From an uncultured Candidatus Saccharibacteria bacterium (GTDB taxonomy: Bacteria; Patescibacteriota; UBA1384; CAILIB01; JAUSJZ01): DNA of 64,000 nucleotides. Location of the stretch: the NCBI GenBank assembly GCA_964421635.1, contig CAYQWZ010000001.1:7267-71266 (forward strand), in the 5' to 3' direction. Shown one piece after another: positions 59,125 to 64,000 of the stretch (positions within the stretch are counted from its first letter, which is position 1; the number at the start of each line of letters is the position of its first letter). The notes below the pieces were generated by a model. It made no database searches. It was not told the origin of the DNA and saw only the letters and a program-made list of their open reading frames with translations. The position numbers were made by a program, and so were the translations under genes.

Positions 59125-60474
59125 ATGAAGATAACATTCTGCGGGGCCGCTCGGGAAGTTACAGGATCTTGCTATTACCTTGAGACATCGAAGGCTAGGT
59201 TTTTGGTAGACTGCGGCTTGTTTCAAGGTGGTATGGTAGCTGATGAAAAAAATTTGTCTGACTTTCCGTTCAAACCAAAAGATATTGATTTTGTTTTATT
59301 AACCCACGCTCATCTTGATCACACGGGCAGACTGCCTTTGTTATACAAAAGAGGATTTAGAGGAAAAATTTACACTACCTACCCAACTATCGATTTAACA
59401 AGGATTGTATTGGAAGATTCTGTACATTTAATTGGTGATGAAGCTGAGAGAGAAGGATGCGAGCCTTTGTATGGAATTACGGATGTAATTGGTATTGAAA
59501 AATCTTTCCTCGGTACTGACTATCATCGACCAAAGACTATAAAGGGTGTGAACTTTGAATTTTTTGATGCTGGCCATATTTTAGGTTCTGCACAAATTAA
59601 AATACATGTTGATAATAGATCTATCGTTTTTTCTGGAGATTTGGGCAATCCTCCTGTGCCATTACTCAAAACAACTGAGTTTATTGAGCAGGCTGACTAT
59701 GTAGTAATGGAATCAACCTACGGCAATCGTCGTCACGAAGATTATCATTTAAGAAAAAGCCGCCTCATTTCGGCTATCAAAAAAAGTGTCGCTAAAGATG
59801 GCACCTTACTAATTCCAGCTTTTGCTATTGAGCGCACCCAAGAAGTACTGAGCCTAATTAATGAGGTAGTTGAAAAAGGAGGATTGCCGCATTTTCCAAT
59901 GTTTTTAGATAGTCCAATGGCTATTGAGGCAACAGAGGTCTTTCGACATTACCCAAGTTTTTATAATAAGGATGCACTGAAAGAGCTTACAGTAGACGAT
60001 GATTTATTTACTTTCCCAGGACTTAAAATGACTTTTTCCACAGACCAATCAAAAAAAATTAATAAAGTTGGCCCACCAAAAGTTATTCTTGCTGGTAGCG
60101 GCATGATGCACGGCGGAAGGATTATTCACCACCTTAGGCACAATATTGAAAATCCTAATACGACTATTTTAATCATTGGTTTTGTAGTGGAAAACTCTCT
60201 TGGCAGAAGGTTGTTAGAAGGGGAAAGGAAAATTAAAATTTTCGGTCAACCATATAATGTTAAAGCTAATGTTGAAGCCATTGGTGCTTTCTCCTCACAC
60301 GCCGACCAACCAAAACTATTAGAATGGTTAGACCATTTCACGCATAAACCTCAAAAAGTGTTCATAACTCATGGTGAAGTTAATTCTGCTTTAGATCTTT
60401 CTGAATCTATAAAAACTACAATGGGGCTTGTTGCCGAAGCGCCCGAACTATTTTCTAGCTCTGATTTGACTTAA
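59125..60474 (+). CDS. Metallo-beta-lactamase fold beta-CASP ribonuclease
   Basis: THAHLDH, AGHILGS, FSGDLG, MESTYG, FSSHAD, THGE. Confidence 0.93.
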   Translation: MKITFCGAAREVTGSCYYLETSKARFLVDCGLFQGGMVADEKNLSDFPFKPKDIDFVLLTHAHLDHTGRLPLLYKRGFRGKIYTTYPTIDLTRIVLEDSVHLIGDEAEREGCEPLYGITDVIGIEKSFLGTDYHRPKTIKGVNFEFFDAGHILGSAQIKIHVDNRSIVFSGDLGNPPVPLLKTTEFIEQADYVVMESTYGNRRHEDYHLRKSRLISAIKKSVAKDGTLLIPAFAIERTQEVLSLINEVVEKGGLPHFPMFLDSPMAIEATEVFRHYPSFYNKDALKELTVDDDLFTFPGLKMTFSTDQSKKINKVGPPKVILAGSGMMHGGRIIHHLRHNIENPNTTILIIGFVVENSLGRRLLEGERKIKIFGQPYNVKANVEAIGAFSSHADQPKLLEWLDHFTHKPQKVFITHGEVNSALDLSESIKTTMGLVAEAPELFSSSDLT

Positions 60475-60553
60475 TATTTCACCAAATTATTTTGGTATTT
60501 TAGCTTGCAGAGCTTTTCAAGATATATCACAATATTGAATATTATTATTTAAT

Positions 60554-60583
60554 TTGACACTTTCGGTTTTTGTTCGGTATTAT
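60554..60583 (+). promoter_or_regulatory. lexA promoter (leaderless) containing a direct-repeat operator
   Basis: TTGACA-18 nt-TATTAT, ATG 6 nt later; TTCGG-N6-TTCGG (60562-60577) in the spacer. Confidence 0.75.
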
Positions 60584-60589
60584 AGAGAT

Positions 60590-61189
60590 ATGAAGAATTT
60601 AACTCGTCGGCAGCAAGAAATCCTCTCATATATAAAAGATTGTTTTATTGAAAATGGTATCGCTCCAAGCTTTAGAGAAATTGGGCAGCACTTTGGCTTA
60701 TCTTCTACGGCTACTGTTTCAGAACACATTGATACTCTAAAAGAGAAAGGCTATCTAACATCTGAAAGTCATCTGGCTCGTTCTATCTCTTTGACTGAAG
60801 ATCCTCTAGCCAATGCAATCTCTGTACCATTATTAGGAGCAATTGCCGCTGGGCAGCCAATTGAAGCTATTCGTACTCATGAAACTATCGACATTCCGCA
60901 CGACATGGCCAATAAAAACACCTTTGCTTTACGAGTCAGCGGTAACTCAATGGTAGAAGATTCTATTTTAGATGGAGATTATGTGATTATTGAAGCCACC
61001 TCCAATATTAAAGATGGCGATATTGTTGTGGCTTTGGTTGACGATGGAGATGTAACACTAAAAAGATTTTATAAAGAATCAAACGGAATTAGACTGCAAC
61101 CAGCCAACTCTTCAATGCAACCGTTATTTGTTAAGAAAGCTTCTATTCAAGGTAAGGTCAAAGGGGTAATTCGACGTTTCCCCTTCTAG
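60590..61189 (+). CDS. lexA: SOS repressor LexA
   Basis: LTRRQQEIL, PSFREI, AAG cleavage site, GNSM Ser, TLKR Lys; ATG at 60590. Confidence 0.97.
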   Translation: MKNLTRRQQEILSYIKDCFIENGIAPSFREIGQHFGLSSTATVSEHIDTLKEKGYLTSESHLARSISLTEDPLANAISVPLLGAIAAGQPIEAIRTHETIDIPHDMANKNTFALRVSGNSMVEDSILDGDYVIIEATSNIKDGDIVVALVDDGDVTLKRFYKESNGIRLQPANSSMQPLFVKKASIQGKVKGVIRRFPF

Positions 61190-61219
61190 TTCTTGTGCTT
61201 TTTTGTGTACTATAGGTAT

Positions 61220-61921
61220 ATGAGTAAAAAATCAATGGATATAGAACATCCTAGGTATGATTCGAATTTGAATGAATCTACTAAGGATGTACCAAAAAGA
61301 ACTAATATAAATAATGTGAACAGCAAAAAAACTGCATCTAAAAATACACCTGTAGTGAATAAGGCCAATCCTACTAAAAATAATAACGGTTCAAATGACA
61401 ACTTCTGGCCAATTTATTTGATAGGAATTATTATTGTGGCAATTTTAGCTTTCTTCGGAGTAAGAGCTGCTTCATCGCTGTTTGATGTTTGGACAGATCT
61501 TGATCCTTCAAAATTGGATGAGGCAGAGAATGTTGAGTCGGTTGAACCAGCCGAAACAGAAGATGAAGCCGCTGCCGCCAATGAAAGTTCACCAGCACTT
61601 GAATTAGTTGAAAAAGAAGCTGAAGAAACGAAAGTGGTAATCGACAAATCCTCCTTAAAAATTAAGGTACTCAATGGTAGTGGAGTCAGCGGAGCAGCTC
61701 AAGCAGGTAAAGATCTGCTAGAAGAGAAAGGCTACAGTGTCGATTCAACAGGTAACGCTAAAACTTTTAACTACGATTCCACCATGGTTTATTATGTTGG
61801 AGGAAAAGAGAAGGAGGCGCAGTTAGTAGCCGATAGCATTAGTGATAAATATGAATCTTCAATAGAAGAAAACAGCGTCGCGGAAGGATACGACGTTTTA
61901 GTTGTAATAGGTAAAAAATAA
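61220..61921 (+). CDS. Membrane protein with LytR C-terminal domain
   Basis: Single TM, acidic linker, IKVLNGSGVSGAA..GNA..VVIG; ATG at 61220. Confidence 0.85.
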   Translation: MSKKSMDIEHPRYDSNLNESTKDVPKRTNINNVNSKKTASKNTPVVNKANPTKNNNGSNDNFWPIYLIGIIIVAILAFFGVRAASSLFDVWTDLDPSKLDEAENVESVEPAETEDEAAAANESSPALELVEKEAEETKVVIDKSSLKIKVLNGSGVSGAAQAGKDLLEEKGYSVDSTGNAKTFNYDSTMVYYVGGKEKEAQLVADSISDKYESSIEENSVAEGYDVLVVIGKK

Positions 61922-61923
61922 TA

Positions 61924-63132
61924 ATGAGTGAAACAAATACAAACAATGGGGATATTTTAGATACGCCAAATAAATTTTCTAACAAACTTAAGGAAGCTTG
62001 GAAAAAAGTAAAAAGCCTTTTTACAATTCCTAAAGACCCAATAAAGAAGAAAAAGTTTTTAGTTATTTGGGGTGTTGTAATAGCCATTGTTATTGGTGCT
62101 TTGGCTGCTTTTGCTATGCAACTTTCAAATATTGATTTATCTTCTAAAGAAGGATTATTCGGTAGCGACTTCAAACTCAGTGAAAAACAAGAAGTCTCCG
62201 ATTTAGACGGCATTAAATACGACGCAGAGGTTGCCAATAGAAGGCCCATTGCTGTTATGGTAGAGAATCACCCTGATGCTCGACCGCAGTATGGTTTGAC
62301 TCGAGCTAGCATTGTATATGAATCAATTGCTGAAGGAGGAATAACTAGATATATGGCGATATTCGGCCCTAAAGATGCTGACCGAGTTGGCCCTATTCGC
62401 AGTGCCAGAACTTATTTCGTTGAATGGATGTTCGAATACAACGCCATTTACGCTCATGCAGGAGGAGCTGCTGACGCCCTTGATTTGCTACGCACTGAGC
62501 GGGCCGGAGAAGGCAATATTGATCATGCAGGTCAACCAGTCATGTGGCGTGAAAGAAGAGGTAATGAAGCATCTGAGCACACGCTGTACGGCAGCACAGT
62601 TTTCATGCGGTCCTACTCAAAAGATGTTAATTGGGAACAAGATGCAGATTTTATACCATGGCTATTTAAAGATCTAGATAATCGTAGCGAAGAAGAAAGA
62701 TCTAAAGAGGCTATCACTGATATTCATATTCCATTCTCTGGTTCTTATAAAGTTGATTACAAATATGATGCATCAGACAACACTTGGGCACGAAGCTTGG
62801 CTGGTAAACCAGATATTGATGTCGCAACAGATGAGCAAATTAAGCCAACAAATATTGTAGTGCTTAGCATTGGCCGGTCTGAAGTTAGCTCAGCTGGTAA
62901 AACTGTCGGACAGCTAGATTTATTTACCAAAGGAGAAGCGTTGGTCTTTCAAGATGGAATGGTAACCGAAGGATACTGGAAGAAAGAGGGAAGCGGTAAG
63001 AAGACAAAGGTATTTGATGATAATAACAAAGAGATTCGCTTAACACCCGGACAGACCTTTGTGACCGTTATTCAACCGAGTATGACAGTAACATACGATG
63101 AAGCTACTACCGATTCCAATAGCGCCCAATAA
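61924..63132 (+). CDS. DUF3048 domain protein
   Basis: RRPIAVMVENHPDARPQYGL, EGGITR, GPIRSAR, HAGG. Confidence 0.88.
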   Translation: MSETNTNNGDILDTPNKFSNKLKEAWKKVKSLFTIPKDPIKKKKFLVIWGVVIAIVIGALAAFAMQLSNIDLSSKEGLFGSDFKLSEKQEVSDLDGIKYDAEVANRRPIAVMVENHPDARPQYGLTRASIVYESIAEGGITRYMAIFGPKDADRVGPIRSARTYFVEWMFEYNAIYAHAGGAADALDLLRTERAGEGNIDHAGQPVMWRERRGNEASEHTLYGSTVFMRSYSKDVNWEQDADFIPWLFKDLDNRSEEERSKEAITDIHIPFSGSYKVDYKYDASDNTWARSLAGKPDIDVATDEQIKPTNIVVLSIGRSEVSSAGKTVGQLDLFTKGEALVFQDGMVTEGYWKKEGSGKKTKVFDDNNKEIRLTPGQTFVTVIQPSMTVTYDEATTDSNSAQ

Positions 63133-63146
63133 CCTTACATTTAGAC

Positions 63147-63181
63147 AAACAAAAAGACGGCTCTAAGCCGTCTTTTTGTTT
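63147..63181. terminator. Bidirectional intrinsic terminator
   Basis: 16 bp perfect inverted repeat AAACAAAAAGACGGCT/AGCCGTCTTTTTGTTT between convergent genes. Confidence 0.9.
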
Positions 63182-63900
63182 TATCGAGCCCAGCATCCTT
63201 TTGAGGCATTCCAAGGTCTGGTACCTTGAACACTCAGAACATATGCCGTAGCTTCAATATTTATTTCTCCTTCAAAAGGTGATGTGTTGACATCTCTTCC
63301 CATAGATCTCATAGTTGATCTCCAAGTAGAAGCGATAAACTGCCCGTATCCAGAAGCTGTAGAATACTTATTTTTAGCGTACTGATTATAGCCAGATTCA
63401 CAGGCAATAATAGTACTCATTAAGTTATAATCAACTCCATACTGCTCAGCGTATTTGGCAGTTAAGCCCAAAGCCTCATTAACACTCATTCCAGTATTGC
63501 TGCGACCACTACGAGCTAAAACGAATCGCTCAGCCTCAGCTTTAGTAGCTTGTGCTTTCTCTTCCGCTTCGCGTCTTGCACGCTCTTCTTTCTCTTTTTG
63601 TTCACGAACTTCTCTTTCAGTATTGCTTTCACCAACTCTGACATCAATCCTTGGTTTATTAACTTCTAACAAATGGATTGGCGCCTCATCAATAGGCAAT
63701 AAAGCAATGACTGCGGTTACTTCAGGGTTAGTAACCGATTTATTGGCCGCTAGGGCCATTTCAGATACTGCTGGAGCCATTAGCATTTGCCCTACTAATG
63801 ACCAAGCAAGTACCTTCTCCAAGAAAATTTTTACTTTCCTAGTTTGCTGATTTTTACCCCTTTTAAAGGAGATAAAATAATCATTTATTGTTCTTTTCAT
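63181..63900 (-). CDS. Lytic transglycosylase (SLT/lysozyme-like) with coiled-coil stalk
   Basis: IACESG catalytic Glu, ASGYGQF..STW, charged helical linker; ATG at 63900. Confidence 0.85.
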   Translation of the reverse strand: MKRTINDYFISFKRGKNQQTRKVKIFLEKVLAWSLVGQMLMAPAVSEMALAANKSVTNPEVTAVIALLPIDEAPIHLLEVNKPRIDVRVGESNTEREVREQKEKEERARREAEEKAQATKAEAERFVLARSGRSNTGMSVNEALGLTAKYAEQYGVDYNLMSTIIACESGYNQYAKNKYSTASGYGQFIASTWRSTMRSMGRDVNTSPFEGEINIEATAYVLSVQGTRPWNASKGCWAR

Positions 63901-63905
63901 AATTG

Positions 63906-63929
63906 AAAAATGAGAGGTAATTCCTCTCA
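63906..63929 (-). promoter_or_regulatory. Terminator-like hairpin in the transglycosylase 5' leader
   Basis: Minus strand TGAGAGG-AATTA-CCTCTCA-TTTTT, ending 5 nt before ATG. Confidence 0.55.
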
Positions 63930-63942
63930 CTTTACGAGCCAA

Positions 63943-63971
63943 ATTATACCAAAATTAGGGCTCTTTGTCAA
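63943..63971 (-). promoter_or_regulatory. Consensus sigma70 promoter for the transglycosylase
   Basis: Minus strand TTGACA-17 nt-TATAAT with extended TG. Confidence 0.9.
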
Positions 63972-64000
63972 GCCCTAGAGCCAGTTTCGAAAATTGCTCA

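Noticed and set aside
322-63850. Many short antisense or alternative-frame ORFs in the track (e.g. 730-1047, 14319-14735, 44030-44467, 63455-63850)
   Set aside because: They lie inside well-supported genes, show Ser/Phe/Leu-rich shadow composition and have no motifs
1-64000. Alternative genetic code (TGA = Gly as in Gracilibacteria/Absconditabacteria)
   Set aside because: Long genes have no in-frame TGA, and TGA ends genes at the expected positions (rpsS, map, leuS)
1-64000. CRISPR array, IS element, prophage, intein or intron
   Set aside because: No spaced repeats, transposase or phage genes seen; rpoB, rpoC and both tRNAs are uninterrupted

Overview
AT-rich, very compact bacterial chromosome segment with the signature of a Patescibacteria (CPR) genome. 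uL30 (rpmD) is absent from the spc operon, genes abut or overlap, Shine-Dalgarno sites are nearly absent, and the genetic code is standard (TGA = stop). From 1 to 35.5 kb (+) it carries the infB 3' part, a LysM/M23 peptidase, obg, rpoBC, the str, S10, spc and alpha ribosomal superoperon with a LysM gene inserted after secY, rplM-rpsI, pheST and a DD-carboxypeptidase. From 35.5 to 45.3 kb (-) it carries rnc, nusB, rpmF, leuS, a hydrolase, tRNA-Ala, a reduced glycolysis cluster (PGI/PMI, enolase, a strongly eroded iPGM-like ORF) and redox proteins. From 45.4 to 64 kb it carries tsaC, tRNA-Leu, an orphan gene, sortase, murA-mreB-glycosyltransferases, nusA-clpC, hisS, lexA and cell-envelope proteins. 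I saw no mobile element or CRISPR array. The best leads are: (1) EF-G has both guanine-specificity motifs rewritten (G4 NKIN, G5 GDGR); (2) a set of mutually exclusive RNA hairpins and terminator-like leaders precedes rpoB, rpsJ, rplC and nusA, and the rpsJ-rplC spacer has a 1:2/2:3/3:4 attenuator layout; (3) RpoB carries several rifampicin-pocket substitutions; (4) an eroded phosphoglycerate mutase is retained as an open ORF; (5) an O-antigen-ligase-like domain is fused to a TagA/WecG domain. All calls come from reading motifs by eye; no searches or folding computations were run.
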